NCBI GenBank assembly: GCA_044225175.1
Contig: JBGAJA010000002.1
Coordinates: 472,991 to 536,990 of the forward strand
Origin: Candidatus Omnitrophota bacterium
GTDB lineage: Bacteria; Omnitrophota; Gorgyraeia; Zapsychrales; Fredricksoniimonadaceae
DNA: 64,000 bases
Direction: 5' to 3'
The position numbers were made by a program, and so were the translations under genes. Shown one piece after another: positions 54,574 to 64,000 of this stretch. Numbering within the stretch: position 1 is the stretch's first letter; each line of letters begins with the position of its first letter. The notes beneath the pieces were generated by a model, which was not told the DNA's origin, searched no databases, and worked only from the letters and a program-made list of their open reading frames with translations.

Positions 54574-55837
54574 AGAAATTAAGCAATGCAGAATTTGCGG
54601 AAATTCAAATTTGATTTCTATTCTTCATCTGGGGACACAATTTCTAACGGGGGTTTTTCCCAAGAAAAAAGATAGTCCTGTCACTTCAGGGCCAGTGGAA
54701 CTGGTTAAATGTCACGAGGATCAAGAAGGAAAATCTTGTGGGCTTTTGCAACTCAGGCAATCATATGATTTAAATGAAATGTATGGAGAGAACTACGGAT
54801 ATCGCTCGGGTCTTAATCAATCCATGGTTGAGCACTTGAACAATAAAGTTAAGAAGATTTTAGAGAGTGTTTCTCTTCAAAAAGGTGATATTGTCATCGA
54901 TATTGGCAGCAATGACAGCACTTTGTTAAAGTTTTATCCAGATAAAGGGCTCCAATTAGTTGGTATTGATCCTACTGGGACAAAATTCAAAGAATTTTAT
55001 CCCAGCCATATCCAGCTAATCGCGGATTTCTTTTCCAAAAGCAATTTCCAAAAATTATTTGGAAATAAGAAAGCAAAGATTGTCACTTCCATTTCCATGT
55101 TTTATGACATCGAGCGACCATTGGAATTCATGAAAGAAGTATATGAGATTCTAGATGATGAAGGCGTCTGGATTTTTGAACAAAGCTATATGCCGACCAT
55201 GCTTGAGATGAATGCGTATGATACGGTTTGTCATGAACATTTGGAATATTATGGTCTAAAACAGATCAAATGGATGACTGATCATGTTGGTTTTAAGATA
55301 TGTGATATTGCTTTTAATGATATTAACGGGGGAAGTTTTTCGTTGATGGTGGCCAAAAAAAATTCTTCTTTTAAAGAAAATAAAGATTTAATCGAGAAAA
55401 TTTTAGCAGAGGAAGAACAAAAAGGTTTACGCACTTTAAAGCCTTATCAGGAATTTGCTAAACGCGTTTTTATTCACCGAGACCAGTTTCGTTTATTTCT
55501 AAAGAATCTCCGTGAGGAGAAAAAGAAAATCATCGGTTATGGCGCTTCGACCAAAGGCAATGTTGTTTTGCAATTTTGTAATTTAACTACGGAAGATATT
55601 TCTTGTATTGCCGAAGTCAATCAGGATAAATTTGGTTGTTTTACTCCCGGGACACATATTCCGATTGTTTCGGAGAAAGAAGCCCGGGCCATTGCTCCGG
55701 AATATATGGTGGTTTTCCCTTGGCATTTTAAGAAGAATTTCTTAAAGAAGGAAAAGGACTTTTTAGAAAGAGGCGGCAAGCTGGTTATGCCTCTTCCAGA
55801 AGTTGAAATCATTGAGGCTAAATCTAGTCATGACTAA
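54566..55837 (+). CDS. sugar C-methyltransferase (zinc-ribbon + class-I SAM MTase + C-terminal C-methyltransferase domain, TylC3/Coq-like)
   Basis: N-terminal CRICGNS zinc ribbon; VIDIGSNDSTLL SAM motif; architecture typical of NDP-hexose C-methyltransferases. Confidence 0.55.
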   Translation: MYKEIKQCRICGNSNLISILHLGTQFLTGVFPKKKDSPVTSGPVELVKCHEDQEGKSCGLLQLRQSYDLNEMYGENYGYRSGLNQSMVEHLNNKVKKILESVSLQKGDIVIDIGSNDSTLLKFYPDKGLQLVGIDPTGTKFKEFYPSHIQLIADFFSKSNFQKLFGNKKAKIVTSISMFYDIERPLEFMKEVYEILDDEGVWIFEQSYMPTMLEMNAYDTVCHEHLEYYGLKQIKWMTDHVGFKICDIAFNDINGGSFSLMVAKKNSSFKENKDLIEKILAEEEQKGLRTLKPYQEFAKRVFIHRDQFRLFLKNLREEKKKIIGYGASTKGNVVLQFCNLTTEDISCIAEVNQDKFGCFTPGTHIPIVSEKEARAIAPEYMVVFPWHFKKNFLKKEKDFLERGGKLVMPLPEVEIIEAKSSHD

Positions 55838-56930
55838 AATAAAAATTCCTTGGGCGTCTCCTTACTTTGCAGGCAAAGAACAAGAATATTTGGCCAAAGC
55901 ACTTGAATCTACTTGGATTTCCAGCGGATATTATGTCGAGAAATTTGAGGCTGACTTTACCAGCTACCATAAGATTGATTATGGTGTAACGACATCAAAT
56001 GGAACAACAGCCCTGCAGTTAGGGTTAATGGCTTTGGGTATCGGTCCAGGTGATGAGGTGATTGTTCCTGGTTTTACATTTGTTGCGCCAGCTAATATGG
56101 TTTTGGAGAGGGGGGCGAAGGTGGTTTATGCTGACATCGATCCTTTAACGTGGGACATTGATCCTAAATCTGTAGAACAATGCATAACTCCCCAGACGAA
56201 GGCCATTATTGTCGTTCATCTTTATGGAAATGTTTGTAATATGGATGCGCTGACCAAAATAGCGCGTGAGCATAAGATTTATCTTATTGAAGACAATGCC
56301 GAATCTCCATTCTCAACATATAAGGGAAAGCTTTCCGGGACCTTTGGTGATATTGGTTGTTTTAGTTTCCAGGCTACTAAGACCATTACCATGGGGGAAG
56401 GAGGATTTGTTCTCACTCCCCATAAACATTTGTATGACCAAATGCGTCTCATCCGTGACCATGGTATGCGTCAAGGAAAACGCTATTGGCATGATGTGAT
56501 TGGTTACAATTTTCGTTTAACTAATTTACAGGCAGCAGTGGGATACGCACAGTTGGAAAATTTAGATCAAATTGTATCGAGAAGAAAGAATGTTTACAAA
56601 ATTTATCAAAAAAATTTAGCTAATGAATTAGGAATTTCATTGCAGTATTTTTCTCCTGATGTTGATGCGGTTGTCTGGGCCATTGCCTTAAAAATTGATC
56701 CGGATTGCTTTAAGGGAAATCGTGATTTTCTAATTAATCAAATGTTAGATAAAGGAATTGAAACCAGGCCAGGTTTTTATCCTTTTAGCGAGATGCCATT
56801 ATACCAGGCCCCATCTTTACCTGTGTCAAAAGACATTGGGGCAAATGTGCTGAGTTTGCCATCATCACCATCTTTAACAGAAGAAGAGATTGTTTTTATT
56901 TGCCAAACATTAAAAGGTTTAAGAAACTAG
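55803..56930 (+). CDS. DegT/DnrJ/EryC1/StrS-family sugar aminotransferase
   Basis: FQATKTITMGEGG PLP-lysine block; family-typical N-terminus. Confidence 0.8.
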   Translation: MKSLRLNLVMTKIKIPWASPYFAGKEQEYLAKALESTWISSGYYVEKFEADFTSYHKIDYGVTTSNGTTALQLGLMALGIGPGDEVIVPGFTFVAPANMVLERGAKVVYADIDPLTWDIDPKSVEQCITPQTKAIIVVHLYGNVCNMDALTKIAREHKIYLIEDNAESPFSTYKGKLSGTFGDIGCFSFQATKTITMGEGGFVLTPHKHLYDQMRLIRDHGMRQGKRYWHDVIGYNFRLTNLQAAVGYAQLENLDQIVSRRKNVYKIYQKNLANELGISLQYFSPDVDAVVWAIALKIDPDCFKGNRDFLINQMLDKGIETRPGFYPFSEMPLYQAPSLPVSKDIGANVLSLPSSPSLTEEEIVFICQTLKGLRN

Positions 56931-57737
56931 ATGAAGTTTAAAGATAATTTTTTATATTCGTATTTTCTTAACGCACCTATTCCTTTAGCCATTGAACGCT
57001 ATTTAGAGTGCGAGATTTTATCCAAGAAGAAATTTATACATCCAATTCTAGACATCGGTTGCGGAGAAGGTTTATTTGCTTTTGTTCTTTTTGATGAAAA
57101 AATTGATGTTGGTATTGATCCTAATGGCAAAGAACTCAAACGCGCTGAATATTATGGTATGTATGATGAGTTGATTGAGTGCTATGGCAATAAAATCCCT
57201 AAAGCTTCCGCTACATTTAATACCATCTTCAGTAATAGTGTTTTAGAACATATCCCTGATACGGCATCTGTTTTTAAGGAGGCTCATAGGCTTCTTACGT
57301 CAGAAGGAAGGTTCTATATCACTGTGCCAACAGACATGTTTGACAAGTATAATGTTATTTACCAGGGACTGGTCTGGCTTAAGTTGAATCATCTGGCAGA
57401 AAGATTCCGTTGCTTTTTTAATAGATTTTGGAAACACTATCATTTTTATGATAGGGAAGGGTGGGAGAAAATCATTCGGGAATCAGGATTTAAGGTAGTT
57501 GAATGCCAGGAGTATTCATTTAAAGACACTTGTGTCATGTATCATTCATTGATTCCGCTTTCATTTTTCTCCATGGTTCTTAAGAAATTAAAAAATAAAT
57601 GGATATACTCCAAGTTCATAAGGAAAACATATATTGGTCCTATCTATCGAGTTTTAGATTCTTTAATTAAGAAGCTCGAACATGGGGATAAGGGTGGAAT
57701 CATATTCTTTTCGTTAAGAAAGGCTGAAGATGGATAA
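56931..57737 (+). CDS. class-I SAM-dependent methyltransferase
   Basis: ILDIGCGEGLF motif I. Confidence 0.55.
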   Translation: MKFKDNFLYSYFLNAPIPLAIERYLECEILSKKKFIHPILDIGCGEGLFAFVLFDEKIDVGIDPNGKELKRAEYYGMYDELIECYGNKIPKASATFNTIFSNSVLEHIPDTASVFKEAHRLLTSEGRFYITVPTDMFDKYNVIYQGLVWLKLNHLAERFRCFFNRFWKHYHFYDREGWEKIIRESGFKVVECQEYSFKDTCVMYHSLIPLSFFSMVLKKLKNKWIYSKFIRKTYIGPIYRVLDSLIKKLEHGDKGGIIFFSLRKAEDG

Positions 57738-59529
57738 TTTATTTTTTCCAAAATCTTCCTTTGAGAAATTAATCGGCCTAATGGGACTTTTCCTGTTAGT
57801 TAGCTTCATGATTTCTAATTATTCTTATGTAGCTCATACCCGAGGATATGAGCAGTATTGGGTGACAATTAAGCAAAATCTCAGTGCTTTTACTAATGAT
57901 GAATATGCGTTGTCTGTGGCGGGTAATAATAACTCTGTGATCAGCAATATTATTGCAAACACAACGGAACAATCTAGAAAGATTATTTACTATATCGTTT
58001 TTTTGATTTCTATATGGGCTTTGATGCTATTGGCCCGGACTATCAAAGATGATTTCACGTTCATTGTCTTGCTGTTGTCCATTTTTATATACAATTCTTA
58101 CAATTTTCTTAGTTTCAATGTGGTTTTACTGACTAATGATTTTGTCGGAACGTTTTTGGTGACCCCATTGATCCTCTTTAGTTTTAAATTTCTTTTAGAT
58201 CAAAGATTTGTTTTATCTTCTATGCTTGCCGCAGCTGCTTTTTATCTACATCCAGGGGTATGTCTTTGGTATTTTATTGTTGTTTTTTCTTCGGCTCCTT
58301 TTGTTTTAAGTAACAATTTTTTTTCTAAGAATCCACCGCTTACTAAGATTTTTGAAACATGGAAATTTTATTTAATTTTTTTCGGCATCTTTTTTATTCT
58401 TACGTTTCCCCGAATTTACGAGACACTTTTGGTTTCCCCACTCCCTTCAGTCATCGATCCTCGCATTAGATTAGATATCTTTAAATATGCTTGGGCCCCA
58501 CAAACGTCTTTATGGTTTTATTTAACTAAAGGCGGGGGAGCTTTCTTATCTTTTGTGACGTTGGCATCAAATATTATTATGTTTTTTTTGATTAGGAACC
58601 ATTTTAAAGACAGTACAGATAAGAAAATACGTTTGATTTATTTTATGTATATTGGATCTCTGGTATTTCTTATTCTTAATGAAATCCTCATTCATGTGTT
58701 TGACTTTCACTTTAGTGTGATTTATGGATTAAGCAGAGTTTCAGGGATAAATTTCTTAGTTATGGCCCTATTATTGGCGTTGATGATCAGGGAAAATGCG
58801 GTCGGTAGAAAATATGCTGAAACAGCCGCATGGATTATTTTTTTCGTTAATCACACTCTCATTCACTTTGGGGTTTATTCACCTGCTTTGCAAGTTTCTA
58901 TTTTATTTGTAATCTTAATAATTCGATTTACAAAAATAAGCCAAAAGTTTGATCAACATATTGAGGAGTCTTTTTCGAGGAACAAATTTTTATTTATGAG
59001 TTTGACTCAAAAGGTTTTATTGTGTTTTATTGTATGCATTGTCTTAGTTACTGGATTACGGGCATATAATAAATATAAGCATCCTGAGCCTCCTAATTAT
59101 TATCGCCATGCCATTGAATACATTAACCAACATAACACCGAGAAGTCGTTGGTCCTTTTCCCTTTTCATAAAATAGAAGATTTCATGATTTTTTCACATG
59201 ATCCTGGCTTCTTTAATGCTACATACCTTCTTGTTTTTATTGATTTATATGGGGCGGGAGGGTCGGTTCAGGAAAAAGCCTACCATAAGTTCAGAACAAT
59301 TGAACAAGAGTTGGGTCTCGGAGATACAATCAGCTTACTAAAGATCCATGTGAATCGATATTATGAAAAGTGGGATGATGCTTGGGCTAATAAAGTGAAT
59401 GCATTATTCATTGAACGTTGGGGTAAACAATATGATATTGGTTATATTATCAGAGAAAAAGGGTTGTCCCAATTACCGTATAGGCAGGTTTATGAGAATA
59501 AGGAATATCGTGTTTATAAAAGAAATTGA
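57730..59529 (+). CDS. polytopic membrane protein (599 aa), unknown; candidate GT-C/O-antigen polymerase-like
   Basis: Hydrophobicity. Confidence 0.4.
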   Translation: MDNLFFPKSSFEKLIGLMGLFLLVSFMISNYSYVAHTRGYEQYWVTIKQNLSAFTNDEYALSVAGNNNSVISNIIANTTEQSRKIIYYIVFLISIWALMLLARTIKDDFTFIVLLLSIFIYNSYNFLSFNVVLLTNDFVGTFLVTPLILFSFKFLLDQRFVLSSMLAAAAFYLHPGVCLWYFIVVFSSAPFVLSNNFFSKNPPLTKIFETWKFYLIFFGIFFILTFPRIYETLLVSPLPSVIDPRIRLDIFKYAWAPQTSLWFYLTKGGGAFLSFVTLASNIIMFFLIRNHFKDSTDKKIRLIYFMYIGSLVFLILNEILIHVFDFHFSVIYGLSRVSGINFLVMALLLALMIRENAVGRKYAETAAWIIFFVNHTLIHFGVYSPALQVSILFVILIIRFTKISQKFDQHIEESFSRNKFLFMSLTQKVLLCFIVCIVLVTGLRAYNKYKHPEPPNYYRHAIEYINQHNTEKSLVLFPFHKIEDFMIFSHDPGFFNATYLLVFIDLYGAGGSVQEKAYHKFRTIEQELGLGDTISLLKIHVNRYYEKWDDAWANKVNALFIERWGKQYDIGYIIREKGLSQLPYRQVYENKEYRVYKRN

Positions 59530-59535
59530 GGGTAC

Positions 59536-60519
59536 ATGAAAAGAAATGTATTAGTCACAGGCGGTGCAGGATATGTAGGTTCAACGTTGGTGGGACATTT
59601 GCTTGGAGTTGGCCACCATGTCGTTGTGGTTGATAATTTGAGTTTTGGTGGAGAGACTTTGTTAAATTTTTGGCATCATCCAAATTTTCAGTTTTTCAAA
59701 GGTGATTTGACTGAAACTATGACTATCAGAAAAATTTTTGCAGATTATAAAGTAGATAGTGTCGTCCATTTAGCAGCTATTGTGGGGGATCCCGCTTGCG
59801 CCAAACAGCCGGATTTGGCCAAACGCATCAATGGGGAAGCTTCAGTTAATTTATTGGAAGCTGCAAAATCGTCAGGTGTGGAACGTTTTATCTTTGCTTC
59901 GACCTGTAGTAATTATGGCAAAATGAAAGACGCGGATGGTTTCGTGACGGAAACATCCACGCTGGCACCCGTATCTTTGTATGCGGAATTAAAAGTTAAA
60001 TTCGAGAACGTATTGCTTAATGAAGACAAGAAGGATGGTTTTGTACCGACGGCGTTAAGGTTTGCTACAGTCTATGGTGCTTCGCCGCGTATGCGTTTTG
60101 ATTTGACTGTTAATGAATTCACCAAAGAACTGGCTTTGGGTCGTGAATTGGAAATATTCGGTGAACAATTCTGGCGTCCGTATTGCCATGTCTATGATTT
60201 TGCGCGTGCTATGCATCTCGTGTTGGAATCTCCTAAAGAAAAAGTGGCATACAATGTGTTTAATGTCGGGGATACAAAAGAAAATTATCAAAAGCAAATG
60301 ATTGTTGATGAGATCCGTAAATTTATCCCAGCTGCAAAGGTTAAATATGTCAAACGTGGTGAAGACCCTAGGGATTATCGTGTGTCATTTGAAAAAATTG
60401 ACCGTGAACTTGGTTTCAAAATCTCCAAAACTGTTCCTGATGGTATTCGTGAAATGAAATATTTAATTGATCAAAAAGTATTTCTTAACCCAGATGATCC
60501 AAAGTATAAAAATATTTAG
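59536..60519 (+). CDS. NAD-dependent nucleotide-sugar epimerase/dehydratase (LegB-like?)
   Basis: VLVTGGAGYVGS Rossmann; YAELK catalytic YxxxK. Confidence 0.75.
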   Translation: MKRNVLVTGGAGYVGSTLVGHLLGVGHHVVVVDNLSFGGETLLNFWHHPNFQFFKGDLTETMTIRKIFADYKVDSVVHLAAIVGDPACAKQPDLAKRINGEASVNLLEAAKSSGVERFIFASTCSNYGKMKDADGFVTETSTLAPVSLYAELKVKFENVLLNEDKKDGFVPTALRFATVYGASPRMRFDLTVNEFTKELALGRELEIFGEQFWRPYCHVYDFARAMHLVLESPKEKVAYNVFNVGDTKENYQKQMIVDEIRKFIPAAKVKYVKRGEDPRDYRVSFEKIDRELGFKISKTVPDGIREMKYLIDQKVFLNPDDPKYKNI

Positions 60520-60527
60520 AGGTTTTT

Positions 60528-61676
60528 GTGATTCCTTTATCAACACCAGTGATGAATGGCAATGAATGGAAGTATATTAAAGACTGCCTGGATACTGGAT
60601 GGGTTTCTTCAGTTGGCAGTTATGTAAACCGTTTTGAAGAAATCGTAGCTCAATATGTCGGCGTCCACTATGGAGTTGCAATTGTCAATGGCACCTCTGC
60701 GTTGCATTTAAGTTTGCTAGCAAACAATGTTGGTCCTAATGATGAAGTGATTGTTCCAGCTTTGACATTTATTGCTCCGGTCAATGCCCTTCATTATTGC
60801 GGAGCGCATCCTGTTTTTATGGATTGTGATCCAAAGACTTTATGCATGGATGTCAACAAGGTGGCAGATTTTCTGGCCCAGGAATGCGTGCATAAAAATG
60901 ACGGCTTTACTTATAATAAGAAAACGAATCGTCAAATCAAAGCCATTATTCCAGTCCATATCTTTGGACATCCTGTTGACATGGATCCTCTAATAGAAAT
61001 TTGCGATAAGTTTAACATCCTTGTTATTGAAGATGCGACGGAAAGTCTGGGCTCGGAATACAAGGGAAGAAGATTAGGATCTTTTGGCATCATTGGCTGT
61101 CTTTCGTTTAACGGCAATAAAATTATTACAACCGGAGGCGGGGGGATGGTCTTGACAAAAGAAGAACATTTGGCTAAGAGGATTAAACATCGCAGTACGC
61201 AGTCAAAGTCCGATCCCATTGAATATGATCATGACGAAGTTGGTTTTAACTATCGGCTCACAAATCTTCAAGCGGCAATGGGTGTCGCCCAAATGGAGGT
61301 TCTTCCTGATTTTATTAATATTAAAAGAACAAATGTTGAATATTACCGAATGCTTTTAAAAGATGTCCCTGATGTTGAACTTTTATGGGAAATGCCATGG
61401 GCAAAGAGTAATTTTTGGTTTTACACCTTGAAGGTGAAGAAAGAACACAAAAATCCACTCTTGCAACATTTATTAAAGAACCATATTCATGCCAGGCCTC
61501 TATGGAAGTTGATTTCAACCTTGCCTATGTATAATGAATGCCAATCTTATCGTCTTGAACATGCTCTAAAAGCATACGACACGTGCATTAATCTTCCCTG
61601 TAGCGTCAATTTAAGCAAAGAAGATATGGAAAAAGTGGTTGCAGAGATAAAAGGATATTTTAAGCATGCCAAGTAA
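60528..61676 (+). CDS. DegT-family aminotransferase (LegC/PglE-like)
   Basis: Family N-terminus; SFNGNKIITTGGGG PLP-lysine block. Confidence 0.8.
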   Translation: MIPLSTPVMNGNEWKYIKDCLDTGWVSSVGSYVNRFEEIVAQYVGVHYGVAIVNGTSALHLSLLANNVGPNDEVIVPALTFIAPVNALHYCGAHPVFMDCDPKTLCMDVNKVADFLAQECVHKNDGFTYNKKTNRQIKAIIPVHIFGHPVDMDPLIEICDKFNILVIEDATESLGSEYKGRRLGSFGIIGCLSFNGNKIITTGGGGMVLTKEEHLAKRIKHRSTQSKSDPIEYDHDEVGFNYRLTNLQAAMGVAQMEVLPDFINIKRTNVEYYRMLLKDVPDVELLWEMPWAKSNFWFYTLKVKKEHKNPLLQHLLKNHIHARPLWKLISTLPMYNECQSYRLEHALKAYDTCINLPCSVNLSKEDMEKVVAEIKGYFKHAK

Positions 61677-62307
61677 GAAAGAATTGATATTAGTCGGTGG
61701 CGGCGGACACTGTAAGGCATGCATTGATGTGATTGAAGCCGAGGGGCGGTTTAAAATTATTGGTATTGTGGATGTCAAATCTCGTGTAGGAGAGAAAGTT
61801 TTAGGCTATAAAATCATTGCCTCGGATGAAGATCTTGAAAATCTAGCCAAAGAGTATCCCTATTTTTTGATCACTATTGGACAAATTAAGAGTGCACAAA
61901 AGCGAATAGAGAAATTCTCAGCTTTACAGAAGACTAAAGCAAAGCTGCCAACGATTCTGTCTCCTTATGCAAGGCTTTCTAAACATGCTTCAGTGGATGA
62001 AGGAACAATTATTATGCATCATGCAGTTGTGAACTCGAATGCTAGGATCGGTAAGAATGTCATCATTAATACTGGAGCCATCATTGAGCATGATGCTGTG
62101 GTGGAAGATCATTGTCATATTTCAACAGGCGCCGTGGTCAATGGCGAATCTTTGATCGGTCAAGAAACATTTGTGGGGAGTCTTAGTGTTATTTCCAATA
62201 ACATCGCTGTTTCATCCAAAGTGGTCGTTGGTGCTGGGAGTGCGGTTGTGACCTCTATTACTAAACCAGGGCTTTATGTGGGCTGTCCAGCAAAGAGGCA
62301 GGGCTGA
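61666..62307 (+). CDS. neuD: hexapeptide-repeat sugar N-acetyltransferase (NeuD/PglD/LegH family)
   Basis: N-terminal LILVGGGGHCK Rossmann-like; C-terminal left-handed beta-helix repeats. Confidence 0.75.
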   Translation: MPSKKELILVGGGGHCKACIDVIEAEGRFKIIGIVDVKSRVGEKVLGYKIIASDEDLENLAKEYPYFLITIGQIKSAQKRIEKFSALQKTKAKLPTILSPYARLSKHASVDEGTIIMHHAVVNSNARIGKNVIINTGAIIEHDAVVEDHCHISTGAVVNGESLIGQETFVGSLSVISNNIAVSSKVVVGAGSAVVTSITKPGLYVGCPAKRQG

Positions 62308-63310
62308 TATGTCGGTCTTTATTATTGCAGAGGCGGGAGTGAATCATAATGGCGATATCAAAATTGCTAAAAGATTAATCGATCAGGCTAAAAAATCTGG
62401 TGCAGATGCTGTCAAATTTCAGACCTTTATTGCTGATAAAATGATTAGTGTTCATGCTCCCAAGGCTGAATATCAAAAGAAAACGACTCATCAGAAAGAT
62501 TCTCATCTGGAGATTGTGAAAAATCTTGAACTTAATGAGATGGCTCATCGGGAGCTTTTGGCTCACTGCAAAAAAAAGAAGATTTTATTTTTATCTTCCC
62601 CTTTTGAAGTTGAAAGCATCAATCTTCTAAAGCGTCTTGGTCTTGGAATGCTAAAAATTCCTTCTGGGGAAATTACCAATCCGATTTATTTAGAAGAAAT
62701 CGGAAAATTAAATAAGAAACTCATTCTTTCAACAGGAATGTCAGATTTAAAAGAAATCAAGCAGGCGTTGAAGATTTTAACCAGTGCTGGGACAGCTAAA
62801 AAGAATATTACCGTTCTTCATTGTAATACGGAATACCCTACACCTTTTGAAGATGTTAATTTACGTGCGATGTTGACAATCCAAAAAGAATGTGGTGTTG
62901 ATGTGGGATACTCCGATCATACTTCCGGGATCGTGGTAGCTGTTGCAGCAGTTGCTTTAGGTGCTTGTATGATTGAAAAACATCTGACACTTGATCGTGC
63001 CATGGCTGGTCCGGATCATAAGGCATCATTAGAGCCTGGGGAATTTGCTTCTATGGTGGATGCTATACGTAATATTGAGAAGTCTATGGGATCTCCTGTG
63101 AAGAGACCTTCACCTTCAGAAAAAAAGAACATCGTCATTGCTCGCAAAAGTATTGTGGCGTCTCGGGAGATTCTTCAGGGAGAGCAGTTGACCCTAGAAA
63201 ATATTGAGTTTAAAAGGCCAGGATCAGGATTAAGTCCTATGAAATGGTCCAAGCTCAAAGGAACAAAAGCTAAAAGAAATTTTTGTAAGGATGAATTGAT
63301 TGAACTATGA
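62276..63310 (+). CDS. neuB: N-acetylneuraminate/legionaminate synthase (NeuB family)
   Basis: IIAEAGVNHNGD...AVKFQTF NeuB motifs. Confidence 0.8.
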   Translation: MWAVQQRGRADMSVFIIAEAGVNHNGDIKIAKRLIDQAKKSGADAVKFQTFIADKMISVHAPKAEYQKKTTHQKDSHLEIVKNLELNEMAHRELLAHCKKKKILFLSSPFEVESINLLKRLGLGMLKIPSGEITNPIYLEEIGKLNKKLILSTGMSDLKEIKQALKILTSAGTAKKNITVLHCNTEYPTPFEDVNLRAMLTIQKECGVDVGYSDHTSGIVVAVAAVALGACMIEKHLTLDRAMAGPDHKASLEPGEFASMVDAIRNIEKSMGSPVKRPSPSEKKNIVIARKSIVASREILQGEQLTLENIEFKRPGSGLSPMKWSKLKGTKAKRNFCKDELIEL

Positions 63311-64000
63311 GAAAAATTTGTGTGGTGACGGGTTCACGCGCCGAGTACGGCCTTCTGAAGCCTTTGATGGATCAAATCAAAGCTGATCCTGATTTACGTC
63401 TGCAAGTTGTCGTTACTGGCTCACATTTGTCTAAAGATTTCGGCCTGACTCAAACAGATATTACCAAAGATTTTTTGATTGATGCCAAGGTAGCCATGGA
63501 TCTCAAAGGCGATCAAGCTATTGATACAACGCGCTCCATAGGACAGGGTATTGAGGGTTTTGGTAAAATATTAAGCCGTTTAAAGCCTGATCTGGTTGTT
63601 CTTTTGGGGGATCGTTTTGAGATTTTTAGTGCTGCCACTGCAGCTTATGTGCTGCGGATTCCTGTGGCCCATATTCATGGAGGAGAAGTCACTCAAGGGG
63701 CTGTTGATGAGGCTTTTCGTCATGCCATAACCAAAATGAGTTATGTCCATTTTACCTCAACAGAGATTTATCGCCGCCGTGTGATCCAGTTGGGGGAAGA
63801 TCCCAAGAGTGTGTTTGCTGTGGGTGCGATTGGTTTAGATAATCTTAAGGAACTGAAACTTTTGTCAAAGAATGACTTAGGTCAGCAATTAAAGTTGGAG
63901 TGGAAGAAAACAAATCTCTTAGTCACTTATCATCCTGTGACCTTGGAAAGCTCTACAGCCAAGATACAGTTCGAGAGTATTTTAAAAGTACTTCATGAAT
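63307..64000 (+). CDS. neuC: UDP-N-acetylglucosamine 2-epimerase (hydrolysing), NeuC/LegG-like; 3'-truncated by the window end
   Basis: Starts ATG at 63307, overlapping the neuB stop. MRKICVVTGSRAEYGLLKPLM matches the NeuC N-terminus; no stop before position 64000. Confidence 0.7.
   Translation, partial: MRKICVVTGSRAEYGLLKPLMDQIKADPDLRLQVVVTGSHLSKDFGLTQTDITKDFLIDAKVAMDLKGDQAIDTTRSIGQGIEGFGKILSRLKPDLVVLLGDRFEIFSAATAAYVLRIPVAHIHGGEVTQGAVDEAFRHAITKMSYVHFTSTEIYRRRVIQLGEDPKSVFAVGAIGLDNLKELKLLSKNDLGQQLKLEWKKTNLLVTYHPVTLESSTAKIQFESILKVLHE

Overview
A 64-kb, low-GC (~38-40% by eye) bacterial window with an unusual strand bias. A single giant ORF (28..11202; its frame is open to the window start, so it may be 5'-partial) encodes a protein of at least 3724 aa. 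It carries two sets of Hsp90/sacsin-like GHKL ATPase motifs (ELISNASDA...DQGSGM near nt 940-1420; ELIQNARDS...DTGTGM...GNLGQGN near nt 9130-9365). Between them are at least three ~383-aa tandem repeats, each ending in a WDLNPPK linker. Downstream, about 53 kb (11318..64000) is essentially one co-directional (+) array of surface-glycan biosynthesis genes with frequent 1-17 nt start/stop overlaps; only metF is antisense. The array begins with a 15.1-kb block bounded by a perfect 36-bp inverted repeat (11257-11292 / 26401-26436). This block holds two tandem GalT-family paralogs, a type-I GAPDH, a GT2, a heparinase II/III-like protein, an AsnB-type amidotransferase, UDP-glucose-dehydrogenase-family and B12-binding radical-SAM enzymes, and an SGNH-like protein. 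A cobalamin riboswitch sits in front of a TonB-dependent receptor, followed by metF on the minus strand. Next come a dTDP-sugar module (RmlA/RmlB/small cupin) and a complete pseudaminic-acid-type block (PseB, PseC, PseF-like, PseG-GNAT fusion, PseI, plus formyltransferase, PIG-L deacetylase and class-III aminotransferase). An acetamidino trio (PseA/WbuX-like amidotransferase with HisH/HisF paralogs), an ABC exporter and an isolated APS kinase follow. A KpsS/KpsC-like protein, a CMP-NulO synthetase, a GT2 and C-/SAM-methyltransferases lead into a second, legionaminic/neuraminic-type nonulosonic-acid block (dehydratase, LegC-like aminotransferase, NeuD-like acetyltransferase, NeuB-like synthase, NeuC-like hydrolysing 2-epimerase, the last truncated by the window end). 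Five large polytopic membrane proteins of unknown function are interspersed. I saw no tRNA, rRNA, CRISPR array, transposase or phage gene. The overall picture is an rfb/O-antigen-like locus of a TonB-containing Gram-negative (possibly spirochaete-like), but the taxonomic guess is inference only.
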